In this document: piece by piece, positions 1 to 10,538 of the stretch
Layout of the letters: each line of letters opens with the position of its first letter
How positions within the stretch are numbered: position 1 is the stretch's first letter
Assembly (NCBI GenBank): GCA_031422435.1
Contig: JANPLU010000030.1
Location: forward strand, 64,001-128,000
Origin: Acaryochloridaceae cyanobacterium VAR_48_metabat_390
GTDB lineage: Bacteria > Cyanobacteriota > Cyanobacteriia > Thermosynechococcales > Thermosynechococcaceae
Length of the DNA: 64,000 nt
Reading direction: 5' to 3'
Made by a program: the position numbers and the translations under genes
Notes under the pieces: generated by a model
What the model was told of the DNA's origin: nothing
Seen by the model: the letters and a program-made list of their open reading frames with translations, nothing else
The model's database searches: none

Positions 1-1
1 G

Positions 2-1405
2 ATAGCGCTCTAGATTGACATTACTGGCATCATCTTGGTCATCGCTGAGAACATGCAGTGAGGCGTAGTCATCTTGGAGCTGGCGCAGGCGGGTAATAAA
101 CTGAGCGCTTTCTTGGGTGAGAGATGTAATTTGGGCGAGCTGCGTCTGAAGCGTTTGGGCGCTATTCATCACGCCACGGGCTGTGAGCAGCGTTTCGACC
201 ACCTGCTGGGCAGACTGATCTAGGCGCGCTAAGGGCACAGCAATCTGAACGCTGCGTTTGGTCTCTAGGGCGATCGCCTCTGGTACTGCTGCCGCCATCT
301 CTTCTGAAGGGATGGCGAGCTGGGGTTGAGCCATGACCTGGGGCAGCAGTCTAAACTCATCTAGATCTGCTCCTGCGAGGAACGCTTCAAGCGGTTCAGC
401 CCAATCCTCGTCACTCAATTCAGGCTGAAGTGATGGGGACGTGAGTGCAGTCAGTTCGTCTAGGTCAAACTCGGTTAAGCCTTCAAATTCGTAAAGGCTA
501 TCTAATGTTAATGCTTCTAGTGCAATTGTTTCTGTGCCGAGATGACGGGGTAAAACTGCATTAAAGTCTAGAGCTGATGTATTCTCCAACGCATTCAGAG
601 AATCCAGACGGGTTTGCAGAGTAGGACTCATTTCGCCGCCTTGCTTGGCACAGTCTTTGAGGATTTGAAAATATTGAGGCCAGCATTGCTTCCACTGGAC
701 ACTATCCGCCCGATCTGCAAGCGCTTGGCATTGAGCCATTAAAGGCGTCCAGCTCTGAGAAAACTGTAAATCTTCCCCAATTTGGGTGAGCTGGGCTAGG
801 GTTTGGTGGGCAGTTTGAAGCATCTCTGTGGGGATGTTGCCCTGGGCGGGAAGCTGGTCTAGCGCCATTTCTAGCCCTAGCACCACCAGATCAAACCCCT
901 GTTCGGCAAACTCCTGGTGCACCTGCTTTAGCTCACTCCATTCCGGCAGATAGTGCTGCCGAATGCGCTCATGGATGTCATGGATGCGTTTGACGGTGGG
1001 CTGCACTTGGGCGATCGCCGCGTTTCCGGTTGCCTTAATTTCAATACTGCTGCTCAGCAATTCTCCCGCCTCTAACAGCAGTTCCCGAAGCTGCCCGTCG
1101 GAGAGATCGGGGCACTGGTCTAAGTAGCGCAGATCTGAAAGCAAATCTTCAAGCACCATGCCAGCATGAAGCATTGCGTCTGCCTCTACCGTCACTGCTC
1201 CGCCCTTAATGGTGTGAACTGCGCGATAAATGTGCTGAATATCTGTGCCCCAGGATGGGTAGTTAAGACACTGCACCAAGCTAAAGTACTCCTGGAGATA
1301 CTGCTGGGTATCCACCTCAAACATGGCGCGCAGCTCTTGCTGAAGATCCATTTCAGCGGTATTGGTATTCCAGGGATCTAGGGAGAAGGGTTCAGATGCC
1401 GTCAT
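2..1405 (-). CDS. cheA: CheA-like chemosensory histidine kinase, N-terminal part (runs off the window edge)
   Basis: Not in the ORF track. Translated by hand from ATG at 1405: MTASEPFSLDPW...ELRAMFEVDTQQYLQEY...IYRAVHTIKGGAVTV (Hpt motif HTIKG). The same frame is still open at position 2 (...VQIAVPLARLDQSAQQVVETLL...NLERY). Last gene of a patA-cheY-cheW-MCP-MCP operon. Confidence 0.9.
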   Translation of the reverse strand, partial: MTASEPFSLDPWNTNTAEMDLQQELRAMFEVDTQQYLQEYFSLVQCLNYPSWGTDIQHIYRAVHTIKGGAVTVEADAMLHAGMVLEDLLSDLRYLDQCPDLSDGQLRELLLEAGELLSSSIEIKATGNAAIAQVQPTVKRIHDIHERIRQHYLPEWSELKQVHQEFAEQGFDLVVLGLEMALDQLPAQGNIPTEMLQTAHQTLAQLTQIGEDLQFSQSWTPLMAQCQALADRADSVQWKQCWPQYFQILKDCAKQGGEMSPTLQTRLDSLNALENTSALDFNAVLPRHLGTETIALEALTLDSLYEFEGLTEFDLDELTALTSPSLQPELSDEDWAEPLEAFLAGADLDEFRLLPQVMAQPQLAIPSEEMAAAVPEAIALETKRSVQIAVPLARLDQSAQQVVETLLTARGVMNSAQTLQTQLAQITSLTQESAQFITRLRQLQDDYASLHVLSDDQDDASNVNLERY

Positions 1406-1489
1406 GGTGCCGCTGACTCAATAGGAGAATGCTAAAGGACAAAAATAGGTAGGGATGAAGCGAAAAATTGCTGCTTCTGATCGTTGCGG

Positions 1490-3439
1490 CTATTTTGCTA
1501 CTGCCGCGACAAGTTGCGGTACCGCCAGGGGTTCCTGCAAAGACGACCGATCTTCTGGGAATGAAGGTGCTTCAGAAGGAATTTCTGCACTAACGCGGAA
1601 GAATTCCACCATTTCAAGAAGGGTGTGGGCAACCTTACCCATTGCTTCAACCTGCTTACGGGTGACGCTGGCTTTAGATTCAGTGGCTTGAGCAACGGTG
1701 GCGATCGCACTGGTTGCCGCCAGGGTATTGCGCACCACCTGCACAATCTCTTGGCTAGACTGGCTCACCTGAAAGCCGACTTGAGCCACCTGGGTTGTCA
1801 CCTGCTGAATGTTGTCAAACGCCTGACGAGATTGACCCACCCCACTGGTGAAGTCCTGCACCAGACTGCTGATTTCGACGACATCTTGATTGAGTCCAGA
1901 GGTCACGGTTTGAATTTGGTCGGTGCGTTGCTGAAGCGAAACTAAGCTGCGGTTGGTTTCTGCTGCTAGGCTATTGACCTGATGAGCAATGGTCTCAAAT
2001 TCATGAGCAAGGCTAGCAAACTGCTCTGGGTCTTGTTCTTGGAGCGCGCGCGAAGACAGGGTTGAGGCATTGAGTGCCAAAACGCGGGTCAGAGACGCTA
2101 CGCGCTTTTGGTCTTTTGAGAACTGCGAGGCCAAGTCTACAAAGTCTGTTAAGAGCTGGGTTCGTTTCACGATTTGGTCTGTGCCCTGCTGAAGGGTGGC
2201 AATGCCGCTTACCATTAGACCCATTTCCTGCTGTCCGGCAGTCACGGCAGCCTGAGCCAACTGCACGGCAGTATCGGTCGAAATGACCTGCGCTTGAGAA
2301 TGTTCGGTAAGGGTATTCATCTGATGCATCAACGCCTGTACCTTCTCCACCGAAACCGTTTGGTACTGTGCCTGCTGTGCTGTGTCGGTGGCAAGCTGCT
2401 CTAGTTCTTCGGCGCTGGATGTGACCTGCTGAGCGGTCGAAACGGTGAGGGACACAATGCCGTTGAGAGATTCTACAAGGCGGTTGAGGGTATCTGACAC
2501 CAGACCCGTTGCGCGCTCGTTGACGTCGGCTTGAATGGTGAGGTCGCCCTCTTCAAGCGCCAGCACCACATCTAAGATATGGGCAATGTCTGCTTGCAGC
2601 AGCTCACTTTCTTCACGGATTTGTTCGGACTGCATGGCTCGCTGCTGAATTTCTCCTTCAAGCTGTTGGTTGAGCTGCTGAAGGTTTTCTTGCGACGCCA
2701 GTAAAGAAATTTGGGATTGGCGGCGATCGCGGATATACCCTCGGACTGCCAGCAACACCACAGACCAGCTCAGCAACAGCACCAGTGAACTGAGGGCAGC
2801 AAAGGCAATCGACCAGGCTAAGTTTTTGCGATAGCCCTGAAGCTGAGTTTCCACATTTCGCTTTACCGTGCCTAAGGTTTCGTTAATTCCGTCGCTGTAG
2901 ATTGCCTTCTGCTTTTCGTACTCAGCGCCCAGCAGCAGTAAGAGTGCTTCTTTAGACTTACCTTTACGGTTTAGCTCAAACGCCTTGGTTTCCATATCCA
3001 CCAGCTTTTTATTGGCGATATCGGTCTGTTCAGGGTTCGCCTGCTCAGAGGCTGGAATATCTTTGAGAACCTCTTTAATCGACTCATCCAGCTTTGGCAC
3101 ATATTGGTTATAGCGGTCTTCCCACTGGGTACTGCCCGTACTCGCCGCCATTCGTGCTGACATCGTTAAGACTTCATCTAGGTGGATGATTTTGCCGCTC
3201 AAGTCCTGAAGCTTAAACTGTCGGTCAACGGTGGTTTGTAGACCCTGATAAATCCGCCATACGTTCCAGGCGGAGGTGCCCGTCATTGCCACGCTAAACA
3301 GCAGCGATACCGTAATGGTTCCTATCAGCCGCGTTTGAAGTGCAGACTGTAAACGCGCCAGCGCCGAGGTACGCTTCGGTTCTAGGTTTAACGGTTCATG
3401 GATTGGCGGTGGCTTTGGAAAGTTTTCAGAGGTCATCAT
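1490..3439 (-). CDS. Methyl-accepting chemotaxis protein (TM, helical sensor, TM, HAMP-like, divergent signalling domain)
   Basis: Two TM helices flank a DEVLTMSARMAASTG sensor domain; GDLTIQADV HAMP-like segment; VLALNAS signalling motif. Confidence 0.9.
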   Translation of the reverse strand: MMTSENFPKPPPIHEPLNLEPKRTSALARLQSALQTRLIGTITVSLLFSVAMTGTSAWNVWRIYQGLQTTVDRQFKLQDLSGKIIHLDEVLTMSARMAASTGSTQWEDRYNQYVPKLDESIKEVLKDIPASEQANPEQTDIANKKLVDMETKAFELNRKGKSKEALLLLLGAEYEKQKAIYSDGINETLGTVKRNVETQLQGYRKNLAWSIAFAALSSLVLLLSWSVVLLAVRGYIRDRRQSQISLLASQENLQQLNQQLEGEIQQRAMQSEQIREESELLQADIAHILDVVLALEEGDLTIQADVNERATGLVSDTLNRLVESLNGIVSLTVSTAQQVTSSAEELEQLATDTAQQAQYQTVSVEKVQALMHQMNTLTEHSQAQVISTDTAVQLAQAAVTAGQQEMGLMVSGIATLQQGTDQIVKRTQLLTDFVDLASQFSKDQKRVASLTRVLALNASTLSSRALQEQDPEQFASLAHEFETIAHQVNSLAAETNRSLVSLQQRTDQIQTVTSGLNQDVVEISSLVQDFTSGVGQSRQAFDNIQQVTTQVAQVGFQVSQSSQEIVQVVRNTLAATSAIATVAQATESKASVTRKQVEAMGKVAHTLLEMVEFFRVSAEIPSEAPSFPEDRSSLQEPLAVPQLVAAVAK

Positions 3440-3545
3440 ATTCTCTAAAGCAATGAACGAAGGTCAGTGTATGAAATACAAGGGTGGGCTACAAAGGGTA
3501 GGCGTAGCGTTTGGGCGCTAGGCACCATTAAAAAACAAGGACGGA

Positions 3546-5525
3546 CTAGCGCTCGGTAATTCCAGCCAGAGCGGGTTGAGGGTCAAATACAGGCTCGGGT
3601 TCAAAGATGTCTATGACCGCGTTAGGGTGCATCATCTCTGCTACCTCTACAGCTATGGCGGCGGATGGCAGTCTGAAGACCTGAACATTCTGAACCAGGG
3701 TTTCTGATAGGCTGCTCATCTGGTCAGAAATTTGCTGTGCGTCTTGGGACTGCTGGGCAATCTGACGCGACAAAACGGTAATGGCGTCCATGGCGATCGC
3801 AGTAGAGTCTGCGGCTTCTACAATGCTTTGACTGGTTTGGGCGACGGTATCACCAGCCTGTACCGCTTCGCCCGTGACGGTTTGAACGGTTTGAAATACT
3901 TCACGAGTTTGCTTTACCCCACTGGTAAAGCTATGAACCAGTCCTCCTAACCGCTGCACCTCTGTGTCCACATCCGACACCACTCGGTGAATTTGGGCGC
4001 TACGCTGCTCTAGACTGGCGAGTCCTTCGTTGGTTTGCCGTGCCAGCTCGCTAACCTGATCGGCAATTAGCTCAAACTCTCGCGCTACTGCCGCAAACTG
4101 TTTGGGGTTGTGCTGTTCGGCGGCACGGGCTGCCACCAGCGATGCGTTTAGGGCTAGTACCTGGGTTTGGGTGGCAATTTCGCCCTGATCCTGCACAAAC
4201 TGGTCGGCAAGCCCCACAAATTCTCCCAGGGTCTTCATCTGCTGCACAATGCGATCGCTCCCCTGCTGCAGCACATCAATTTCCTGGGTGAGGGCACCGA
4301 CGGCTCCCTCTCCATTGACTACAGCGGTCTGAAGCATCCGTAGGGCATGGTTGGTTTGGGCAAGCTGGGCGGCGGCACTGTTGGCTGATAGCCGGACTTT
4401 TTCAGTGAGAGACAGTACCTGAGTCACAGATTGAGACTGTTCGCGGGTGCTTTGTGCGACGGTCGCCGCAATCTCTTTTTGGCGACTGCTGCTGATGGAA
4501 ACGTGCCCAGCCGTTGTAGAAACTTGGCTCAAAATTTGGCCTAAGGCTTCTACAAGACGATTTAAGGTATCTCCGACCAGTCCGGTTGCGCGCTCATTTA
4601 CTTCAGCTTGAATGGTGAAGTCGCCTTCTTCAATCGAACACACGACGTCTAGAAGGTGTCCGATGTCTTCTTGAAGCTGGATACTTTCTTGGCGAGTTTT
4701 TGTCTCTTGTTGTTGACGGGTATTGGCCTCTACCCAGAGTTCTCCGTTGGAGATCATCAGGGCATCTTGGGACTTTTGGAGCGCTTCTTGAGCACGCTGG
4801 CGCTCGCGAATGTAGTCTCGCACGGCGGATAACACCAAAATCCAGCTTCCTAGCAGAATGGGTAAGGTAACACCTGCAAATGCCATCGACGCAAAGAGCT
4901 GCTGCTGATAGCTTTGCAGTTGGGTTTGAATCAGCTCATCAATACGATTGAGAACCTTTTGATTTCCTGCTGCATAGATCTGTTTTTGGGTGCTGTACTC
5001 AGGCCCTAGCAAAAGCTGGAGTGCCACTTTAGACTGACCTTTACTAACCAGCTCAAAGGATTTGGTTTCCAGATCCACCAGCTTTTTGTTGGCCTCATCG
5101 GTCTTGCTGGCCTCAGCACGAATATCTTGCGTAACGTTTGCAAGTGTCTCTTTAATGGCTTCATCGAGCTTAGGAACGTATTCGTTGTAGCGGGTTTCCC
5201 ATTTTAGGTCGCCCGTACTTGCCGCCATTCGAGCAGACATGGTCAATACTTCGTCTAGATGCACCACCTGACCGCTGAGCTTCTCTAGGCGAAACTGTTG
5301 ATTCACCGTAGAGCGGAAGCTTCGGTAGATGTTCCAGGTATTCAGGGTCGAAAACCCCGTCAAGATTAAACTGCCTGCGATAGTTGCTGTAATACTGCCA
5401 ATCAGATGGGTGCGAATAAACTGCTGCATTCGCTTTACGGGAGTTGTGGCTGTGGTGCTGATGTCTGAGTTCAGCGGCTCAGTTTGAGCGGAGGATTTAA
5501 TGGGTTGGGGGGGTGTAGAATTCAT
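3546..5525 (-). CDS. Methyl-accepting chemotaxis protein, paralog of the adjacent MCP
   Basis: Same architecture and DEVLTMSARMAASTG motif; QTQVLALNASLVAARA signalling motif. Confidence 0.9.
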   Translation of the reverse strand: MNSTPPQPIKSSAQTEPLNSDISTTATTPVKRMQQFIRTHLIGSITATIAGSLILTGFSTLNTWNIYRSFRSTVNQQFRLEKLSGQVVHLDEVLTMSARMAASTGDLKWETRYNEYVPKLDEAIKETLANVTQDIRAEASKTDEANKKLVDLETKSFELVSKGQSKVALQLLLGPEYSTQKQIYAAGNQKVLNRIDELIQTQLQSYQQQLFASMAFAGVTLPILLGSWILVLSAVRDYIRERQRAQEALQKSQDALMISNGELWVEANTRQQQETKTRQESIQLQEDIGHLLDVVCSIEEGDFTIQAEVNERATGLVGDTLNRLVEALGQILSQVSTTAGHVSISSSRQKEIAATVAQSTREQSQSVTQVLSLTEKVRLSANSAAAQLAQTNHALRMLQTAVVNGEGAVGALTQEIDVLQQGSDRIVQQMKTLGEFVGLADQFVQDQGEIATQTQVLALNASLVAARAAEQHNPKQFAAVAREFELIADQVSELARQTNEGLASLEQRSAQIHRVVSDVDTEVQRLGGLVHSFTSGVKQTREVFQTVQTVTGEAVQAGDTVAQTSQSIVEAADSTAIAMDAITVLSRQIAQQSQDAQQISDQMSSLSETLVQNVQVFRLPSAAIAVEVAEMMHPNAVIDIFEPEPVFDPQPALAGITER

Positions 5526-5636
5526 AAGCGATGCTGCTGCTGTTTAGAAAGTGATTTCGTAAAAATACGGTTGGATGTTGCCGACGCTTTGCCTGCGCTC
5601 AATTGAAGATGCGTTAAAGACCAAAGGCTGATAGAT

Positions 5637-6131
5637 TTATGACACCCAACAGATGGGCTGCCATAGATCTGCACTCACCATTTCTGGGCGCAGAAGCATC
5701 ATGGCTGCTTTAGGAGACTGCGGAGATTCTAAAAATATGGCGCTGGGTAGTGCTGTGCGGGTTTGGCTACCTAAGGTGCGGTCAATGACTAAGCCGACTT
5801 GTGCGAGCGATCCGGCTGCACTCCCTAGCTTAACCACCATGCTGTTTTCTCTGGGCAGGGCTGATTCTGCAGTCAACAGTTTATGGGCACACAGCAGCGG
5901 CAACACTTGCCCACCTTGATGGGTAATGCCGATCAGTAAGGGGCTATAGAAGGGAAGAGGAAGGATCTGCGATCGCTCCACTCGAAACACTTCTGTAACC
6001 CATAGGGCTGGAATCACTAGCGTTATGGACTGCACCTGAGCCAGAATAAACCGATCACTCAGGGCAGCGGTGGAGGGAGCCGCCGCCCCTTGAGGGGATA
6101 GTGCAGAATGAGTGGGGGCGATCGCAGTCAT
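5637..6131 (-). CDS. cheW: CheW-like coupling protein
   Basis: VTEVF...ILPLPFYSPLLIGITHQGGQVLPLL and VGLVIDR are CheW patterns; operon context. Confidence 0.88.
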   Translation of the reverse strand: MTAIAPTHSALSPQGAAAPSTAALSDRFILAQVQSITLVIPALWVTEVFRVERSQILPLPFYSPLLIGITHQGGQVLPLLCAHKLLTAESALPRENSMVVKLGSAAGSLAQVGLVIDRTLGSQTRTALPSAIFLESPQSPKAAMMLLRPEMVSADLWQPICWVS

Positions 6132-6142
6132 TGGTTTAGTCC

Positions 6143-6517
6143 TTAAGCAGCAGTAGCAGCAGCAACACGGTCTAGAACTTGCCCAACAGAGTCATGGGTG
6201 ACGGGCTTGGTGAGATAGTCATTTGCACCCGCTCGTTTCAAGCCGTAGTTAATTTCGAGCGGCGTTTTTTTGCTAGAGCAAAACACCACGTATTGACCGG
6301 CTGTTTTGGGGTTGAGACGGAGCGTTCGCAGAAACTTATAGCCGTCCTGCTCGGGCATCACCACATCTAAAAACACCAGGTCATAATGTCCTTGCTCAAC
6401 TTGCTCAAGGGCATCGGTTGGGCTTGCACACTGGTCAACCCCATGCCCCAGAGACTCTAGCAAAGAGGCGAGAGCGTGCCGATCAACTGAGCTGTCATCA
6501 ATAATAAGAAAACGCAT
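6143..6517 (-). CDS. cheY: CheY-like single-domain response regulator
   Basis: IIDDS, FLDVVMP (phosphoacceptor Asp), YLTKP; 124 aa. Confidence 0.92.
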   Translation of the reverse strand: MRFLIIDDSSVDRHALASLLESLGHGVDQCASPTDALEQVEQGHYDLVFLDVVMPEQDGYKFLRTLRLNPKTAGQYVVFCSSKKTPLEINYGLKRAGANDYLTKPVTHDSVGQVLDRVAAATAA

Positions 6518-6553
6518 TTTGGCTCCTTTAGGTACTCAAGAAAACGTAAATTT

Positions 6554-7744
6554 TTAGGACTGGACGAGATCAGATGCTGGGGTAACCAATCGCTGGAGCA
6601 GCTCCTGAAGCTGCGCCTGAAACTCGCCCACATCTGCCGCGCAAAGGGGCTTATTCAAAAAGTCACACCCACTCCACTGCGCGCGCCACTTATTAGAAAG
6701 CTTTTGCTCTCCGGTTAAAATGACCAGCGGAATGGCAGCAATCTCTGGCTGTTGACGGATTTGCTTAACCAGATCAAACCCTGAAATACCAGGCATGTTG
6801 ATATCAATAAAGATGCTGGCGGGTTTAACCTGCAAAACATTTGACATTGCGGTCGCCGCGTTTTGACATGCGACGACTGGGTAGCCCAAGGCCGTCACCC
6901 AGTGCTGAAACTGCTTTAGCACTAAAGGGGAATCATCAATAATCATGACGACCGAGGGGGCTGACTGATGAGGTGCGTCAAGGTTGACCAATCCTGCTCT
7001 GACTAATCGCGCAAACATGGTGGCAATTTCTAAGCTATCTTTGGCGAGATCAATCGCAATATGATTAATTGACCTGCCGGATTTCACCAGTATCCGAATC
7101 CGATCTTTTTGGATTTGCGGCAGTGGAGTTTGCTCAAAGACATCCACGTTAAGCGTAGGCACCAGGTTCATCGACGGTACCTGCTGTCTAATCTGTTGCC
7201 AAAGAACCTGGCGCTCAAGTGCGTCGCGCATCATCACTTGGGCATCAGCCTTAAGCAGCATCAGCTGATGCTTATCAGAAGCCATTTCGGCGTCAGGGAC
7301 AAATACTGCATCACCGGAACCCATCCGCAAATAAGTATCTAAGTCATTGAGGATTTTAAGGCGTGAAGCTGCGTTGAGCTGAGACTCATCGGCAATTTCC
7401 ATTTGCCGGATCTGCTTTAGCAGCTTAGTTGGCGTGATGGTTTGGTCACGCACTTTTTTTTGCAAAAGTATAAAGCTGCTTTTAGCTGGCTCTTGTCGAG
7501 CTTCCGGAATATAGCGCTGTACTAACCTCAGCAGTGCAGATGAACTCCAGGGCGTGTTGCCGGAATGTACAATTTGTCCGTTAGATACGCCCAAATACCA
7601 GTGAAAGGTCGTTTCACGAGCCGATAGTCGATCAAATTGATGCCGCCAATATCCGCTCGCATTGAGAGGGATATTCGCTACCAGTTTTTGAGACAGATCT
7701 TGACCCTGAAATGAAAACTGATGAGTTCTGTTCATTACTGCCAT
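6554..7744 (-). CDS. PatA-family response regulator (PATAN-like N-terminus plus C-terminal receiver)
   Basis: C-terminal receiver IIDDSP...FIDINMPGISG...FLNKP; about 260-aa N-terminal region; first gene of a cyanobacterial taxis operon. Confidence 0.85.
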   Translation of the reverse strand: MAVMNRTHQFSFQGQDLSQKLVANIPLNASGYWRHQFDRLSARETTFHWYLGVSNGQIVHSGNTPWSSSALLRLVQRYIPEARQEPAKSSFILLQKKVRDQTITPTKLLKQIRQMEIADESQLNAASRLKILNDLDTYLRMGSGDAVFVPDAEMASDKHQLMLLKADAQVMMRDALERQVLWQQIRQQVPSMNLVPTLNVDVFEQTPLPQIQKDRIRILVKSGRSINHIAIDLAKDSLEIATMFARLVRAGLVNLDAPHQSAPSVVMIIDDSPLVLKQFQHWVTALGYPVVACQNAATAMSNVLQVKPASIFIDINMPGISGFDLVKQIRQQPEIAAIPLVILTGEQKLSNKWRAQWSGCDFLNKPLCAADVGEFQAQLQELLQRLVTPASDLVQS

Positions 7745-8000
7745 GCTTCAACCACCATGCTGCTTAGATCGGCGAACGGGTCTCTTTATGTAGATTGCCC
7801 ATCTAAAACTTGGAGTGTTACAAATTGGCGGAATTTTCTTTAGATTGAAATTTTATGCGTTAGCCTCTTCTGCTGAGATGCGCGTCATTAGGAGCCGATC
7901 GCCGCCCTGATGAAATCCCCCTGTTCTGCACCTGACTCAACCCTGTAAACTAGAGGCAATATCCTCCACATACTCTGCTTGTGCAGACATTGCCTTGACC

Positions 8001-9077
8001 ATGACCGAATCGCTTATTCCACCCGCAGACGACTCCATAGATGCTGAGAGCCTATTTTTAATGCTGCGGCGTAAGCAGGAAAGCTGGGTTGAGTGGGGGC
8101 AAGCGTGTCAGCAGCTCCAAAAGGCAGGACACTCGCCCCAAGCTATTTTTGAAGAGACGGGCTTTGAGCCAATTCAGCAAAATCAGGTTATGGTGGGTGC
8201 CCAAGTCTACGCAGGGCTGGTGCAGTTCAATGCAGACCCTCAGGTGTTAGAGCATTTTGGTCATCGCGGCAGCGATATTCTCTACGAACTGCGGGTGTTT
8301 ACTCAGCCCGAACGACCTGCGATCGCCGCCCTAGCTTTCCAGCACAAGCTAGACTCCGACGAAGCCCATGACCTGACCCGCGCCATCAAAGACTTTGCTC
8401 GAGTTCGCAAGCCACCAGAGGCGTTTGCGACCAATCACCCTGGTGATGCAGTTGCCCATCAAACTTGGGTACAGGCAAAGCAAAAGTCAGACCTTCAGGA
8501 GCGATCGCGCCTCATTGCCAAGGGGCTTAAGTTTGCCCACAGCGATAGCGCCCGTAAAGAAATTGAAAAGCTGCTCACAGACTTTAGCGTGACCAAAGCG
8601 CAGACTTCGCCCCGTCTACCCCTCTCTCGCCCAGACTCAGAACTAGACCTACCGCGTATCGTGCCACTCTTAGGCAAACTGCCGCTGCCCGTAGAGGCGC
8701 TGAAGGCTGCCCCTATGATTGAAGAAGAGGGCGCATTCCGCATCGTTAAGTTTGCTGGAGAAGGCGCATGGGTGCCATTACCAGGCTGGCAGGTGATTGC
8801 CAGCGCGGAAGATCCGGTTGCGGTGTTGAGTGATGGCGATCGCCTCCCTATCCCCCCAGACCAGGCTTCGGATGAGGTGTTGATCATCATCGATCGCGCC
8901 CACCGCGACTGGGATGACCAGAGCTATTTTGTTGTAGAGGCAGACGGTGAACTGGACGTTCAGTGGTTTGCTGACGCACCTACCGAGAAGATTTTAGGAC
9001 GTGTGGTGGTGGTGGTGCGACCCAAGCGATTTTTTGATGAGGAAGCCACGAAGGAGATGTGGGTATTGGATGAGTAA
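8001..9077 (+). CDS. raf1: RuBisCO accumulation factor 1
   Basis: LRRKQESWVEWGQACQQLQKAG...IFEETGFEPIQQNQVMVGAQVY, WVPLPGWQV and the acidic C-terminus WVLDE; ATG at 8001 preferred over TTG at 7995. Confidence 0.95.
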   Translation: MTESLIPPADDSIDAESLFLMLRRKQESWVEWGQACQQLQKAGHSPQAIFEETGFEPIQQNQVMVGAQVYAGLVQFNADPQVLEHFGHRGSDILYELRVFTQPERPAIAALAFQHKLDSDEAHDLTRAIKDFARVRKPPEAFATNHPGDAVAHQTWVQAKQKSDLQERSRLIAKGLKFAHSDSARKEIEKLLTDFSVTKAQTSPRLPLSRPDSELDLPRIVPLLGKLPLPVEALKAAPMIEEEGAFRIVKFAGEGAWVPLPGWQVIASAEDPVAVLSDGDRLPIPPDQASDEVLIIIDRAHRDWDDQSYFVVEADGELDVQWFADAPTEKILGRVVVVVRPKRFFDEEATKEMWVLDE

Positions 9078-9145
9078 AGGTGGGTGATCGTATCTAAACC
9101 CTTGCTACTGTAATTTGAAGGTGTCAGAACAGACAAAACCAAGCC

Positions 9146-10525
9146 ATGACCAAAGCGTCTCAAGAAATAAGCCGCACAGAACAGCGTAAATCTAGTAACT
9201 ATCCGCCTGCCTATTTTTCGTCTCTTGAGTTAGAGAACGTCCTTTGCTTCAAGACTCCTCAAAAGCTTGAATTGTCTGATGCTAGAGGATTTCCTGCCCA
9301 ATGGACAGTCATTCTTGGTGATAATGGTGTTGGGAAAACAACTCTTCTACGTAGTCTGGCAGGGATGGAACCAAGATCAAGAACCGTAGAAGATCATCGT
9401 GGAAGTGAAATAATACAAGCACTCCCTTGGCTTTATTCGGCAGAAGAAAACTATTGGAAAAAAATTTCATATTCACGTTCTTCTCCTACAAAAATCAAGG
9501 CTTCATTTTTATATGACTCTCTTCTAAGTAACTTACAAAGCTCTTCTTCTATTCGATTTAAACAAACTGAATTTCATGTTAGAAGAAAAGCATCTGTATT
9601 GAGTCGTGGAGCACTGCCATGTCTAGATAAGGTCTTGGGACTCAAATGCTATGGCTATGGAGCTAATCGTAAAATGAGTGAGACTTCTCTGACAGAAGCG
9701 ATATCATCTAACAGTTGTGCAAGCTTATTTTCAGATGATGAAGTGCTAATTAATGCAGAAGAATGGTTGCTTCAAGCAGATTATGCAGTTGCGCGCTCTG
9801 CGCCTGATAATAAACCACGACTAGAACAACGGTTTAATCTAATTCAGAATATCTTAAAACAGCTCCTTCCTTATGTTTCCGATATTCGCATTTCGCCTGC
9901 CGACAATAATAATCCTCGTCCTGCGGCGGAATTTCTCACGCCTTACGGATGGGTGCCTTTGAAAAGTCTTAGTCTTGGGTACAAAACTGTAATTGCCTGG
10001 ACGGTAGATTTAGCAGCAAGACTGATAGAGCGTTATCCACAAAGTGAAGACCCACTAGCTGAACCCGCCGTTGTTTTGGTAGATGAAATTGATCTCCATC
10101 TTCATCCAAAATGGCAGCGCACCATCATGAGCTTTCTGACAGAGCGCTTTCCAAACACTCAATTCATCGTGACCGCTCATAGTCCACTCGTCGTTCAGGC
10201 GGCAAAAGGTGCCAACATAGTGCTGCTGCGTCGTGAGGGCGATCATGTCGTCATTGATAACGACCCTGAAATTATTGATAACTGGCGTGTTGAGCAAGTC
10301 CTCTCCAGCGTCTTTGATTTACCCAGTCCCCACTCGCCAGATATAGAAAAACTGATTGAAAGCAGAAGAAAAATTCTAGCAAAACCTAAGCTAACTACCA
10401 AAGATGAGCGAGAGCTGAAGAAACTAGAAAAGCAAATTGGCAGTTTGCCAACCGGAGAATCTCCAGAAGACATTCGGGCAATGGATATTATCCGTAAAGC
10501 CGCCAAGCTCCTAGAAAACAGTTAG
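9146..10525 (+). CDS. ABC/AAA-type ATPase, PtuA (Septu)-like
   Basis: Walker A GDNGVGKT, signature LSLGY, Walker B VLVDEIDLHLHPKWQ, H-loop TAHSP; no TM segments; 13 bp upstream of an HNH gene. Confidence 0.85.
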   Translation: MTKASQEISRTEQRKSSNYPPAYFSSLELENVLCFKTPQKLELSDARGFPAQWTVILGDNGVGKTTLLRSLAGMEPRSRTVEDHRGSEIIQALPWLYSAEENYWKKISYSRSSPTKIKASFLYDSLLSNLQSSSSIRFKQTEFHVRRKASVLSRGALPCLDKVLGLKCYGYGANRKMSETSLTEAISSNSCASLFSDDEVLINAEEWLLQADYAVARSAPDNKPRLEQRFNLIQNILKQLLPYVSDIRISPADNNNPRPAAEFLTPYGWVPLKSLSLGYKTVIAWTVDLAARLIERYPQSEDPLAEPAVVLVDEIDLHLHPKWQRTIMSFLTERFPNTQFIVTAHSPLVVQAAKGANIVLLRREGDHVVIDNDPEIIDNWRVEQVLSSVFDLPSPHSPDIEKLIESRRKILAKPKLTTKDERELKKLEKQIGSLPTGESPEDIRAMDIIRKAAKLLENS

Positions 10526-10538
10526 CCTCGTTTACGCC

